Shown: positions 21,146 to 30,889 of the stretch, piece by piece
Layout of the letters: every line of letters starts with the position of its first letter
Position numbering within the stretch: position 1 is the first letter of the stretch
Assembly (NCBI GenBank): GCA_963755125.1
Contig: CAVWIP010000010.1
Coordinates: forward strand, 256,001 to 320,000
Origin: an uncultured delta proteobacterium
GTDB lineage: Bacteria > Myxococcota_A > Polyangia > Fen-1088
Length of the DNA stretch: 64,000 nucleotides
Reading direction: 5' to 3'
The notes under the pieces: generated by a model
What the model was told of the DNA's origin: nothing
The model's input: only the letters and a program-made list of their open reading frames with translations
The model's database searches: none
Made by a program: the position numbers and the translations under genes

Positions 21146-23001
21146 TGCCGGATCCTTCCGTTGAGCGCGAAGCCGGTCACGGACTCCACTGTCCCATCGT
21201 CCCAATCCCAGTTGATGAAGCTGATTCGGCCTTCGCTGTACACTTGGTTGACGAATACCTTGTGGTTCGCCCCGGCCAAGGCCCCGATGGCATTGGGCGG
21301 GCTGCCCAGTTGAAAGTCCTTGACCAGAAAACTGGTGAGGGACATCTGCTCGGCCATGCGCACATTGTTCGCGTCGTCGCGCAAGAGCACGAACGCGCTC
21401 GAGGAATCGGGGGTGATGGCGAACGGGTCGGGATTGGCGCTGGTGAGCTCCAATTTGGCGAACCCGTCTTCCAATCTGACCGCGCTGTAGCCGTACGAAC
21501 GGTCGATCTGGTCCTCCAAACTAAGACCAGGATCCGTCGGATCACCCGCGACCTTGGTGTGCAGCACCAGCACGGTCGTCTCGTCGGGGGAGATGGCCAG
21601 GGCGCGAATCGCCTTCTGCAGATCCACACCTGATGGCGTCAAGGTCCCGCTCGGCGACAGCGGCAACACGACTAGGCGCTTGATGGGCACAGCCGTGGTG
21701 AAGAGAACGGCGTATTTGCCGTGGGCACTGATGTTGACCAGGCCCACCGTCTCACCGGTGAGCTGCCAAGTGAAAAACGGGGATGCTCCCGTGAAGCCAT
21801 CGGGAATGGCGATGCGCACCAGCTTGCTCTCGCTGCGCAGCACCGCGAAGGCGTTAATATCCCCGCCGGCCGTGTCGGTCGTATCGGAAATGTCCAGGTC
21901 CGTGACCGGGCTGGACAGGTACAGCGATTGGACGGCATTGGCCACCAGATCTACCAAGAAGACCTCGTTGGTACCGTCGCGCCGAGCGATGGCCCAGTGG
22001 CCGTCGCGGGTGACCGACACGTCCGTGGGAAGCCCCGTCCCGGCGATGGCTGTCCCGCTATCGGCTGGGGCTGGTTGCGCGCCGGAGATCAGCGGAGCCG
22101 CGTCGCTTGCCACGGCTCCAACCTCGCCCTCGCTCCCGCTGTCTCCGCTGGCTGCGTCGGGCTCAGGAGGTACTCCCGCATCCGGGCTGGCGGCGCTGGC
22201 GTCGGCGCCCACGGTGGAAATGGCTGAACTTTGGATGCGCACGAGCGGTGCGATCGTGGGTCCCTGCAGGTTCGCGAAGCGCAGTTCAGAGATGCCGTCG
22301 TTCGTGACCACGAAGGCGGCCAGCCCGTCGTCGGAAAAGACCACGGCGCTGGGCTCGAACCCGACGGTGACAGTGAAGGCGCTGTCGCCGGAGGACGACA
22401 GGGTGACGAGCGAGACGTCCTGAAAACTGCCTGAAAGGGTGCTGGCGTTGGCCTGGGTCACGTCGAACCAGACCACGGCGTGGGCGCCGCCCGGCGCGAT
22501 GGCGATGGTGTTGGCTCCCTTGATGATAGGGAGAGGAGAGGAAACCGTCGTCCCCGTGTCGGTGGTGCGCAACACCGAGAGGGTGTTCGACCCCGAGTTG
22601 ATGACCAGGGCCTCATCCTGTCCGGGGACCGTGGCCACGTAGGTGGGCGTGTCACCAGGCGTGACTTCCGTGATGGCGAGTGACACGGAGTCGATGACCG
22701 CCACCGAGTCGCGCGTGGGGTTGGCCACGTACACGTACTGCTTCCCAGGCTGCGGGGTCAGAAAGTCGAGCGCCTGCTCCTGCTCGGGCGGCAGGGTGCT
22801 GCCGCCCGCCGCCGCCGGCTCGACAGCCGCAGCCCCCCCTGCTCCCGAGGATGTGGCGCCGAACCCTTGACTGCCACCGCCGGCTGGGTATCCGTTATCG
22901 CCTGAACCTGGAGCGTTCTTCGAGCTGTCCACTGATGCGGACGAGCAGCCGCAAAGGGCACCTATGAGCACTCCGCCTATGAGGCCATATGATTTGGTCA
23001 T
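21142..23001 (-). CDS. Lipoprotein, YncE/YVTN-like beta-propeller with DA-rich insertion
   Basis: Lipobox ALCGC; YVYVANPTRDSVAVID and similar blade repeats. Confidence 0.75.
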   Translation of the reverse strand: MTKSYGLIGGVLIGALCGCSSASVDSSKNAPGSGDNGYPAGGGSQGFGATSSGAGGAAAVEPAAAGGSTLPPEQEQALDFLTPQPGKQYVYVANPTRDSVAVIDSVSLAITEVTPGDTPTYVATVPGQDEALVINSGSNTLSVLRTTDTGTTVSSPLPIIKGANTIAIAPGGAHAVVWFDVTQANASTLSGSFQDVSLVTLSSSGDSAFTVTVGFEPSAVVFSDDGLAAFVVTNDGISELRFANLQGPTIAPLVRIQSSAISTVGADASAASPDAGVPPEPDAASGDSGSEGEVGAVASDAAPLISGAQPAPADSGTAIAGTGLPTDVSVTRDGHWAIARRDGTNEVFLVDLVANAVQSLYLSSPVTDLDISDTTDTAGGDINAFAVLRSESKLVRIAIPDGFTGASPFFTWQLTGETVGLVNISAHGKYAVLFTTAVPIKRLVVLPLSPSGTLTPSGVDLQKAIRALAISPDETTVLVLHTKVAGDPTDPGLSLEDQIDRSYGYSAVRLEDGFAKLELTSANPDPFAITPDSSSAFVLLRDDANNVRMAEQMSLTSFLVKDFQLGSPPNAIGALAGANHKVFVNQVYSEGRISFINWDWDDGTVESVTGFALNGRIRQ

Positions 23002-23296
23002 TGCAGGCACCTCTCAGCAGCAACTCCTGTGCCGCACCACGATCGCAGGATAATCGCGGACATTCCGTCAAGCGGCGCGACGGTACCACGACACGCTTGT
23101 CAGGGATCCCTCGGATTAGTCGTGGAATTCGATGGGTGACACGAGGCTGTTCGCGCGACCGCGCGCCTCCGGCGCCCGGTTCGCCCGCCGACGACGTGTT
23201 CCTTTCCGACGGTTCCTGGGATATAATCTTCGCCACGCTGCAGCTTGCGGTCGCAGTGCGTGTCACATGCGAACCTAACGCCCGCGCTGAGGAACC

Positions 23297-24940
23297 ATGA
23301 ACAAACTCACATCACGATTGTTCTCAGGTCTGATTCTGGCCGTGGTGCTCGGATGGGCGCCCTCGGCCCTGGCCCAACTGTCGCTCGACCGGTTTGCGCC
23401 GTCGCTGCCCGGGGATCGGTTCTTCGGTGTCGAAGGCGCTGACCCGGGCGGACACCTTCTGCCCCGGTTGATGCTCCTGGGCGACTACGCCTATCGCCCC
23501 CTGTCTCTGTACGACGCGAACAACAACCGACTCGGCGGCTTGGTCAACCACCAGCTCGTCGTTCACGTCGCTGCCGGCCTGAGCCTGTGGGACCGGCTGG
23601 TGGTGGCGGCTGACATGCCCTTGAACTTGGTCACCAACGGCGGGACGGTGGACGGGATTCCCGGGCCGTCGGGTGCGGCCGCAGGCGATCTGCGCTTGAG
23701 CGCGCGCGTGCGATTGCTGGGCGAAGCACGTTCGCCCGCCACCCTCAGTTTGGGCGGGCATCTGTTCGTGCCCACGGGAAACAAGGACAAGGGTGCTGGC
23801 GAAGGCAAGGTGCACGGCATGCCGGTGTTGGTGTTTTCGGGTGAAACCTCGTCCCTAGCCTACGCCGCGACCGCGGGCGCGGACCTGCGCAGCAAGACCG
23901 CAGCCGACCCCACCACCACCATGGGCACGCAACTTTACTTTGGCGGCGCTTTCGGGGTTCTGCTGGCTGACCGAATGCTGCAACTCGGGCCCGAGATTTA
24001 TGGAGCGACGTCCATGGCGGGCAAGGACAAGTTCACCAAAGCCACCACTAACCTGGAAGGAATTCTCGGCCTGAAGGCGAGGCTGGCAGATTTTGTGCTG
24101 GGGGCCGGCGCGGGCCCGGGATTCACCAAGGGGGTCGGGACACCCGCCCTGCGTGCCCTGCTCTCGGTGGCCTATGCGCCTGAGCCGGCACCGCCGCCTC
24201 CGCCGCCTCCGCCGCCTCCGCCACCCAAGCCCAAGAAGCCCGCCGATCGCGATCACGACGGCATCCCAGACAAGGTTGACGCCTGCCCCGACGAGCCGGG
24301 CGTAGCCAGCGACGATCCCGAGAAGAACGGCTGCCCGCCGCCTCCGCCTGACCGCGATGGCGACGGCATCCCTGACAAGGACGATGCATGTCCCGACGTC
24401 AAGGGCGTGGCCAATACCGATCCGCACGAAAACGGCTGCCCGCCCGACACCGACGGCGACGGCATCCGCGACGACGTGGACGCCTGCCCCAACGAGAAGG
24501 GCCCGCCTGACACCGATCCGCAGAAGAACGGCTGCCCCAAGGCCGTGCGGGTCACCGAAGGCGAGATCGTGATCCTGGAACAGGTGCAGTTCAAGACCGG
24601 CAGTGCCGTGATCTTGCCGGTCAGCGACGATCTGCTGCGCCAGGTGGCAGGGGTGCTGGCCGAGCATCCCGAGATCGCCAAGCTCGAAATCCAGGGCCAC
24701 ACCGACAGTCGCGGTGGCAAGGGCTACAACCGCAAGCTCAGCCAGAAGCGTGCCGACGCCGTGCGGAAGTGGCTGGTGAACTACGGCCAGGTCGACAGCG
24801 GCCGTCTCAGCTCACACGGCTATGGCATGGACGAGCCCATTGCGGACAACGCCACGCCCGAGGGCCGGCAGAAGAACCGGCGAGTGCAGTTCAAGATCAT
24901 TGAGAAAACGAGCCGAGACAAAAGCGAGGTGACGCCATGA
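23297..24940 (+). CDS. TraB-like OM protein: beta-barrel + Pro-rich linker + thrombospondin type-3 repeats + OmpA peptidoglycan-binding domain
   Basis: Three D-x-D-x-DGI-x-D-x-x-DACP repeats; QFKTGS, IQGHTD, NRKLSQKRADAV, NRRVQF. Confidence 0.9.
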   Translation: MNKLTSRLFSGLILAVVLGWAPSALAQLSLDRFAPSLPGDRFFGVEGADPGGHLLPRLMLLGDYAYRPLSLYDANNNRLGGLVNHQLVVHVAAGLSLWDRLVVAADMPLNLVTNGGTVDGIPGPSGAAAGDLRLSARVRLLGEARSPATLSLGGHLFVPTGNKDKGAGEGKVHGMPVLVFSGETSSLAYAATAGADLRSKTAADPTTTMGTQLYFGGAFGVLLADRMLQLGPEIYGATSMAGKDKFTKATTNLEGILGLKARLADFVLGAGAGPGFTKGVGTPALRALLSVAYAPEPAPPPPPPPPPPPPKPKKPADRDHDGIPDKVDACPDEPGVASDDPEKNGCPPPPPDRDGDGIPDKDDACPDVKGVANTDPHENGCPPDTDGDGIRDDVDACPNEKGPPDTDPQKNGCPKAVRVTEGEIVILEQVQFKTGSAVILPVSDDLLRQVAGVLAEHPEIAKLEIQGHTDSRGGKGYNRKLSQKRADAVRKWLVNYGQVDSGRLSSHGYGMDEPIADNATPEGRQKNRRVQFKIIEKTSRDKSEVTP

Positions 24941-27708
24941 AGCGCATGAGTAGAAGAAGTGCATCGCTGCGGGCGCTCGCGCTCGCCCAGGGCTTGCTTC
25001 TGGTGGTCGCGGGCTGCAAATCGCCATCGGGCCAGGGAACGAACACTGGGGTCACCAGGCAGGCCCTGGTGGGCAAGGACGGCGCCCGGACGGTAAGCAC
25101 GGCAACGACCGTCAACTCGTATTCCGCGCTGGCGAATGACGCGACTGCGGGTACCGCAAGCGTGACCGTGGCCGCCATCTCCGACCTGGCCTCGGCCGAG
25201 GGCACGGATGGCGGGTTGCAGCCGCTGGCCGCCGGGGATCTGCTGCTCATCATCCAGATGGCTGGCGCCACCATCAGTGCTGCCGACACCGCCACCGGTG
25301 GCATCTCTGACTACGGCAGCGTGACCGCGCTCAACAACGCCGGCAACTACGAGTTGGCCGGCGTGGCGAGCATCTCGGGAAACACGATCACCTTGGCGTG
25401 CAGTCTGCAGAAGTCGTACACCGTGACGGGCAAGACTCAGGTCATTCGCGTCCCGCAGTACACTACGTTGACCATCAACAGCGGCGGCTCCATCACCGCG
25501 CCCGCATGGAATGGCACGGTGGGTGGCGTGGTTGCGGTGCAAGCCGCGACGACCTTGCAGCTCGATGGAACCATCGACGTCAGCGCCACGGGCTTCCGTG
25601 GCGGCGCTACCCACCAAGGCGCGAATTCCGGGACCGCCGATCAACCGACCTACCGTTGTACGAGCAGTGTGAGCACCACTGACCAGACGCTCAACTGTGG
25701 CGGCCAGAAGGGTGAGAGCATTGCAGGTGCGCCCGCCGACTACGACAGCCTGTTCTCGGGCCAATTAGGCCGGGGTGCACCGGCCAACGGCGGGGGCGGC
25801 GGCAACTGGCATAACGGTGGCGGCGGTGGTGGAGCGAACGCTGCGGCGATCGACGCCACGGACGCTGCCAGCGACCTGATCTGGAACGGCCAGGGCGTGA
25901 TGGCGCACAGTGTGGCCAACGACGCGCTGGCCTGGGCACTGGACGACGGCTATGCCTTGAATGACGACTTCACCAATTCTCCCGGTGGTGGTCGCGGTGG
26001 CTACACCTACTCGGCCAATGACCAGGACGCCACGACCGATGGGCCGGGAAACGCCGATTGGGGCGGAAACTACCGACGCGAGCGCGGTGGACTGGGCGGG
26101 CATCCGCTCACGAGCAGCACCGGCGGCGCAGGGGCGCGGCTCTTCCTGGGCGGCGGCGGTGGTTCGGGCGATGGAAACAACGGCTTCACCGGTCCGGGCG
26201 GCAACGGCGGCGGCCTTGCGTTCGTGATCGCGGGAACGGTCCAGGGTACGGGCAGCATCCTCGCAAATGGCGCAGACGGAGGCCCTGCTAACTCGGGAAC
26301 TGCCACTTCGGGCGACGGCCCAGGCGGCGGCGGTGGCGGCGGCACGGTGGTGGTTCACGCGGCCGCGCTGTCGGGAATTACCGTGGCGGCCAATGGCGGT
26401 AAGGGCGGAAACCAGCACCTCGCTGGCGTCCCCGAGGCCGAAGGTCCTGGCGGTGGCGGCGGCGGCGGCTACGTTGCCTTGTCGGGCGGCACGCCGGCAG
26501 CGGTCTCGGCCGATCCTGGCGTGGGCGGCACGACCGACTCGATCGGCCTGACCGAGTTCCCGTCCAACGGCGCGACCGCAGGCCACGTCGGCATCGTCGA
26601 TGACAGCGCCGCGACCATCCTGTATTGCACCAGCCCGACCACGGTGATCGCCACCTACCCCCACAATCCCACGAACGTGACCGCAGGAGCCTTCACTTTC
26701 ACCAGCCCCGAGAGCGGGGTCAGCTTTTCGTGCAACCTGGACAGCACGGGCTACGCGGCCTGCTCGGCGTCATACACGACCCCTGCCCTGAACGACGGAT
26801 CGCACACCCTCAACGTGCAGGCCACGGACATCAACGGCAACGTGGGCGCCACCGCTACCTACACCTGGACCGTGGACACGGTGCCGCCGGATACCTTCAT
26901 ATTGAGTGGTCCCAACGATCCTAGCAGCAGTTCCACTGCACACTTCATTTTCTCCAGCGACGAGTCGGGCGAGGCGGGTGAGGCGGGCATCACCTTCTGG
27001 TGCGGGCTGGACGATTCCAACCCCGCGGACTTTGCCGCCTGCCCGGCCGACTACACGATCAATGGCCTGGCCGATGGATCGCACACCTTGTACGTGAGTG
27101 CGAAGGACGCCGCCGGCAACTTGGACCCCTCGCCCGCCGCCTGGCCTTGGACAGTACACGCCACGGGCCTCGATGGAGGCGTCGAAGACGCTGGCGCCGA
27201 CGCGCAAGCAATCGATGGCGCGCTGGTATTCGAGGACGCGAGCGGGCCGGACACGGCTGCGCCGGCCGCTGATGGTCCTGGCACCGTGGTCTTCGCGGAC
27301 GCGGCTGCAGACGTCGTTGTGGCGGTCGACCTTGCCGCCCCGAACCGGGATGCGCCGGCTGTCAGCACGCCGGACGCAGCGGCCGATATGGGGGTCCTGG
27401 AGGATGCGAGTGAGGACGTGGGTGCCCTCGCAGCCGACGCCCAGATCGTTGTCGTGGATGCGCGTTCTGTCGATGTGGCCGCGACGCCCGATCAGGCTGT
27501 CTTGCCGGTAGTGCCGGATGCGGCGATAGTGACCATCCCTGATGCAGCCGTTGCCCCAACTCCGGACGCTCCTGTGGTGACCGGAACGCCGAAGGAAATG
27601 GGTTCCGGCTTCTGCGCCGTCAATCCCGTGAGGGACAGCGCACCCGGGCTCTTCACCTTCTTCCTGGTGGGCGCCTTCGGGCTACTGCTGCGGCGCCGGC
27701 GCCGCTGA
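24937..27708 (+). CDS. Large surface adhesin: AgmC-like Gly-rich N-domain, two Ig-like domains, DA-rich stalk, MYXO-CTERM-like tail
   Basis: AGDLLLIIQM, QVIRVPQY, PAWNGTVGGVVA, GFRGG; DGSHTL..ATD..GN..Y/WTV Ig repeats; tail GSGFCAV..P-TM-LLLRRRRR. Confidence 0.8.
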   Translation: MKRMSRRSASLRALALAQGLLLVVAGCKSPSGQGTNTGVTRQALVGKDGARTVSTATTVNSYSALANDATAGTASVTVAAISDLASAEGTDGGLQPLAAGDLLLIIQMAGATISAADTATGGISDYGSVTALNNAGNYELAGVASISGNTITLACSLQKSYTVTGKTQVIRVPQYTTLTINSGGSITAPAWNGTVGGVVAVQAATTLQLDGTIDVSATGFRGGATHQGANSGTADQPTYRCTSSVSTTDQTLNCGGQKGESIAGAPADYDSLFSGQLGRGAPANGGGGGNWHNGGGGGGANAAAIDATDAASDLIWNGQGVMAHSVANDALAWALDDGYALNDDFTNSPGGGRGGYTYSANDQDATTDGPGNADWGGNYRRERGGLGGHPLTSSTGGAGARLFLGGGGGSGDGNNGFTGPGGNGGGLAFVIAGTVQGTGSILANGADGGPANSGTATSGDGPGGGGGGGTVVVHAAALSGITVAANGGKGGNQHLAGVPEAEGPGGGGGGGYVALSGGTPAAVSADPGVGGTTDSIGLTEFPSNGATAGHVGIVDDSAATILYCTSPTTVIATYPHNPTNVTAGAFTFTSPESGVSFSCNLDSTGYAACSASYTTPALNDGSHTLNVQATDINGNVGATATYTWTVDTVPPDTFILSGPNDPSSSSTAHFIFSSDESGEAGEAGITFWCGLDDSNPADFAACPADYTINGLADGSHTLYVSAKDAAGNLDPSPAAWPWTVHATGLDGGVEDAGADAQAIDGALVFEDASGPDTAAPAADGPGTVVFADAAADVVVAVDLAAPNRDAPAVSTPDAAADMGVLEDASEDVGALAADAQIVVVDARSVDVAATPDQAVLPVVPDAAIVTIPDAAVAPTPDAPVVTGTPKEMGSGFCAVNPVRDSAPGLFTFFLVGAFGLLLRRRRR

Positions 27709-28947
27709 CAACGGGCACATTTCCACGGGTCGCTTGGTCGCCCGCAGTAAGAACGCGCACGCCGCGAGCCAAACCACAATTTGGCCCGCGACATAGATCC
27801 TGTTCCAAGGTGCAGGCAGCAGATACAGACCGCCCGGAGCCATGGTGCTGCACACCATGGCCGCAAGCAGTGATCCGGCCCAGACCTTCTGCCCGTCGGG
27901 CTGGCCCTGCTTGGCGAGGCGGAACAGCGCAATCATGGGAATGAGCAAGAGCAAATCGTCGTACCAGCCGTGATAGGTCCAGAAACGCGCAGTGAACGCG
28001 GCGGCGCTCATCAGCAGCCAGGGATCAGCGCGCCGATGGCGCCAGGACCACACCGCGAGAAATCCCAGGAGCACGAGAGAGACCGGAGCATTCCAGGCAG
28101 GTCGGCCCGCAGCGCCGAGGCAGGAGTGCAGGTTGGCGTGGCCGTAGCTCGCGGCACCTGTCATCGAGGCATCTTCGGTCCGCGACAAGAACTGGTGGCA
28201 TAGCTGGACGGAGCTCACGGGCTGCGCCAGCCCCGCTGTGCCCGTGAGCCCGATGTAGATCGCCACGATCGCAACCGCCGGGAAAAACTTCTTGCGGCGG
28301 AAGAGCACCATCCAGAAGAAAGGCGCCGCGAGTGATGGTTTCACCAAGGCCCCGACGAAACCCAGAACGGCAAACGCCAGGGGCATGGCCCGGTCCTCGC
28401 GCAGCAGGATGGGCAGGCTTGCGATCAGACACGCAACCACCAGCACGGTCAGTTGTCCATTCCCCGTGGCGGCGCCCGTCGCGTACATGGCCGGCGGCAG
28501 CAGCATGACCAGCCGGCGCTCGGCGTCCGTCGTGGCCCCGCTGCCTCGCGCCACCATCCGCGCCATGCAAACCAGCGCAACAAGCGTGAGCAGGGCCCAC
28601 AGCCAACGTGCGACGGTGAAACTTGGCCAGCCCAGGATTGGCCACAGCATGGTCATCGATGCGGGTGGGTACGAGGCCGTGCCGATCAATCGGTACACGG
28701 CCAGTCCGGCGAACAAGGCTCGCGTCTCGGTGTAGCGCTGCCGTAGGTCGATCGCACCCAGCGGCGGTCCCTGCCAAAGCAGGCGCCAGGTTTCGTAGGA
28801 TAACCAGACCGCTGCCGCCAGGGCCATGAGCACCGCCGCCCACCGCAGGACTGCCGATCCACTCCTGCCCCACCAGACCAGAATCCGCGTCGCGGATGGC
28901 ATGGGGCCTGAGCCTGACCCGAGAGGTCGCTCGTCTGGCGCACTCAT
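27682..28947 (-). CDS. GT87 / DUF2029 membrane glycosyltransferase (GT-C)
   Basis: DL..RY, YPPAS, GQLT, LVKP and YDDLLL motifs; multi-TM. Confidence 0.8.
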   Translation of the reverse strand: MSAPDERPLGSGSGPMPSATRILVWWGRSGSAVLRWAAVLMALAAAVWLSYETWRLLWQGPPLGAIDLRQRYTETRALFAGLAVYRLIGTASYPPASMTMLWPILGWPSFTVARWLWALLTLVALVCMARMVARGSGATTDAERRLVMLLPPAMYATGAATGNGQLTVLVVACLIASLPILLREDRAMPLAFAVLGFVGALVKPSLAAPFFWMVLFRRKKFFPAVAIVAIYIGLTGTAGLAQPVSSVQLCHQFLSRTEDASMTGAASYGHANLHSCLGAAGRPAWNAPVSLVLLGFLAVWSWRHRRADPWLLMSAAAFTARFWTYHGWYDDLLLLIPMIALFRLAKQGQPDGQKVWAGSLLAAMVCSTMAPGGLYLLPAPWNRIYVAGQIVVWLAACAFLLRATKRPVEMCPLSAAPAPQQ

Positions 28948-29004
28948 GCGCCATCTATATCATCGGTCGCGACTTGGTGGACGTCGGGAACGCGACGCGG
29001 AACC

Positions 29005-30735
29005 CTACTGCGACCAGGTGCCGGCGCCGACGTCGATCTTCCGGGAGGCCTGGTAGGTCGGCAGCAACGTTGTTCCGTTGTTGAGGATCAACGGCTGGAA
29101 CACATAAGTCGCCAGATAGTTGTGCACGCCTGGAGCGGTGGTGTCTTGGTTTCCATACCAGTGATCACCCCAGTACATGAAAACGGTCCCCTGGCTTCCC
29201 ACGATGGGCTGCACCCAAGTACTCTGGGTCATCCAGGTCAGCTTCCCCTGAGGCGCGATGTATCCCTGGTAGGTCCACGGCCCGTTCATGGATTTCGCTG
29301 TGGAATAGAAATCGTCGTTGGCTCGCCACCCTGTCTTGTCGGAGCCGATGAAGTAGTAGGTGCCGCTATTGTCCTTGAATACCGTGGGCGCTTCAATGCC
29401 GCCCGTGGTTCCGTTGAGGACTGAGTACTGTTTGCCGGACGTCCAACTGTGGCAGTCGCTGGCCAGGGTATAGACCCAGCCACTCTCCGTGACGACATAG
29501 GCACCCGTATCGTCGGCAAAGGCGCTCATGTCACTGTGGGCGGCAATGGCTCCGCCTGAGCTCAGCAGAGACCCCTTGAAGCTGTATACGGCGTTGACGG
29601 TAGGCGAGGTCGCGTACACGACTTCCTTGTCTGCCTGATAGGTGGTGTCGGCGGAATGAGCGTAGAGAACGAATTCCCCGGTGGCGGGACACTTGATGAT
29701 ATGCGGCCTCTCACCCTTTCGGTTCGGCCCGAGCTGGCCACCCGATTGCTGGGGCAGGATGATCCCGTTGTTGCCCTCCTTCTTCCATGTCACCAGATCT
29801 GGGGACGAGTACATCGAGAAGCCGTTGAAATCGTTGTCGGTCGTGGTGCTCAGGAAGTATTCGCCGTGCAAATAGAAGGTATTGCACACCCGGATGATGC
29901 CGCCGCCGTGGGCGTTGACCAGATCGCCGTCAGTGTCCTTGAACGTGATGCCGGGCGGGTCGGGCGGTGAGGGATCGGTCGCGCCAGGGCCAGGGTCGGT
30001 GAGAGTTCCGACAGGACCTGATCCCGCCGCAGCCCCGCAGGTGCCGTTGCCGCTGGAGCCACCGCTCGCGCTGGAGCCTCCCTTGCCACCGGAGCCGCCA
30101 ATCGCGCTGGAGCCTGCAGTGGTCGAAACTCCACCTGAGCTGGTGGTTCCACCAAAGCTCGACGTTCCGCCAGAGCCGGCGGTCGTGCTCTTGCCCGCGG
30201 TGCCGCCGTTCAGGGTCGACGTTCCGCCTGCTCCGGTCGTCCCGCCGCTCAGTCTGGTGGCGCCGCCTGCTCCGGTCGTGCCGCCGTTCAGGGTCGACGT
30301 TCCGCCTGCGCCAATCGTGCCGCCGCTCGGGCTCGTCGTTCCGCCTGCGCCAGTCGTGCCGCCGAGTCCGCTGCTGCTGCCACCCGCACCAGTCGTGCTG
30401 GCCGGTCCACTGCTCGTGCCACCCGCACCAGTCGTGCTGGCCGGTCCACTGCTCGTGCCACCCATACCGGTTGTGCTGCCGCCCGTGCTGGTCGCGCCAC
30501 CCTGTCCTGCCACAGCACCGGACCCGGTCGCGCCTCCGACGTTTGAGCTACCCACGGTCGTGGTCTGCCCCCCCGCTTGCTGAGTCCCTCGTGATCCGGT
30601 CGCACTCTGCGAGGAAGCGCCTCCCGTCGCGTTTCCTCCTGCACCAGCCGAAGAAGCGCCTGAACCGGCGCCGCCAGACGAGCAACCAATAGCGAGCGCC
30701 GCGAGCACCACTGCCAACTCTCTGGTTCGCTTCAT
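29005..30735 (-). CDS. Lipoprotein with long G/S/T linker and C-terminal GH43 domain (GH43_24-like, possible beta-1,3-galactanase)
   Basis: Lipobox AIGC; NAHGGGI, FYLHGE, YSSPDLVTW, ERPHII, DMSAF, EAPTVF, QST. Confidence 0.82.
   Translation of the reverse strand: MKRTRELAVVLAALAIGCSSGGAGSGASSAGAGGNATGGASSQSATGSRGTQQAGGQTTTVGSSNVGGATGSGAVAGQGGATSTGGSTTGMGGTSSGPASTTGAGGTSSGPASTTGAGGSSSGLGGTTGAGGTTSPSGGTIGAGGTSTLNGGTTGAGGATRLSGGTTGAGGTSTLNGGTAGKSTTAGSGGTSSFGGTTSSGGVSTTAGSSAIGGSGGKGGSSASGGSSGNGTCGAAAGSGPVGTLTDPGPGATDPSPPDPPGITFKDTDGDLVNAHGGGIIRVCNTFYLHGEYFLSTTTDNDFNGFSMYSSPDLVTWKKEGNNGIILPQQSGGQLGPNRKGERPHIIKCPATGEFVLYAHSADTTYQADKEVVYATSPTVNAVYSFKGSLLSSGGAIAAHSDMSAFADDTGAYVVTESGWVYTLASDCHSWTSGKQYSVLNGTTGGIEAPTVFKDNSGTYYFIGSDKTGWRANDDFYSTAKSMNGPWTYQGYIAPQGKLTWMTQSTWVQPIVGSQGTVFMYWGDHWYGNQDTTAPGVHNYLATYVFQPLILNNGTTLLPTYQASRKIDVGAGTWSQ
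30050..30480 (-). repeat. Intragenic 39-bp (13-aa) tandem repeats in the GH43 linker
   Basis: Two exact adjacent copies of tgccacccgcaccagtcgtgctggccggtccactgctcg plus degenerate GAGGTSTLNGGTT-type units. Confidence 0.8.
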
Positions 30736-30889
30736 AGATTCATTTCTCCACGTTAGGGTCGATCTCTCATAGGCTGCCTAGTAGGGGCGCCGTGAGCATG
30801 GAACGGGTCAGGAAAAATGTATTGTCCTCCATTCCAACAACGAAGTCCGCTCAGGAAAGCGTCGGCCCGCAGCGCGTTGTCTCTCGCAC

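Noticed and set aside
23297..27708. Assigning the gene symbols traA/traB or agmC
   Set aside because: The architecture is only similar. The adhesin lacks TraA Cys-rich repeats, and orthology cannot be shown without phylogeny.
30050..30480. Possible CRISPR array
   Set aside because: The repeats are in-frame 39-bp coding units without unique spacers, and there are no cas genes.
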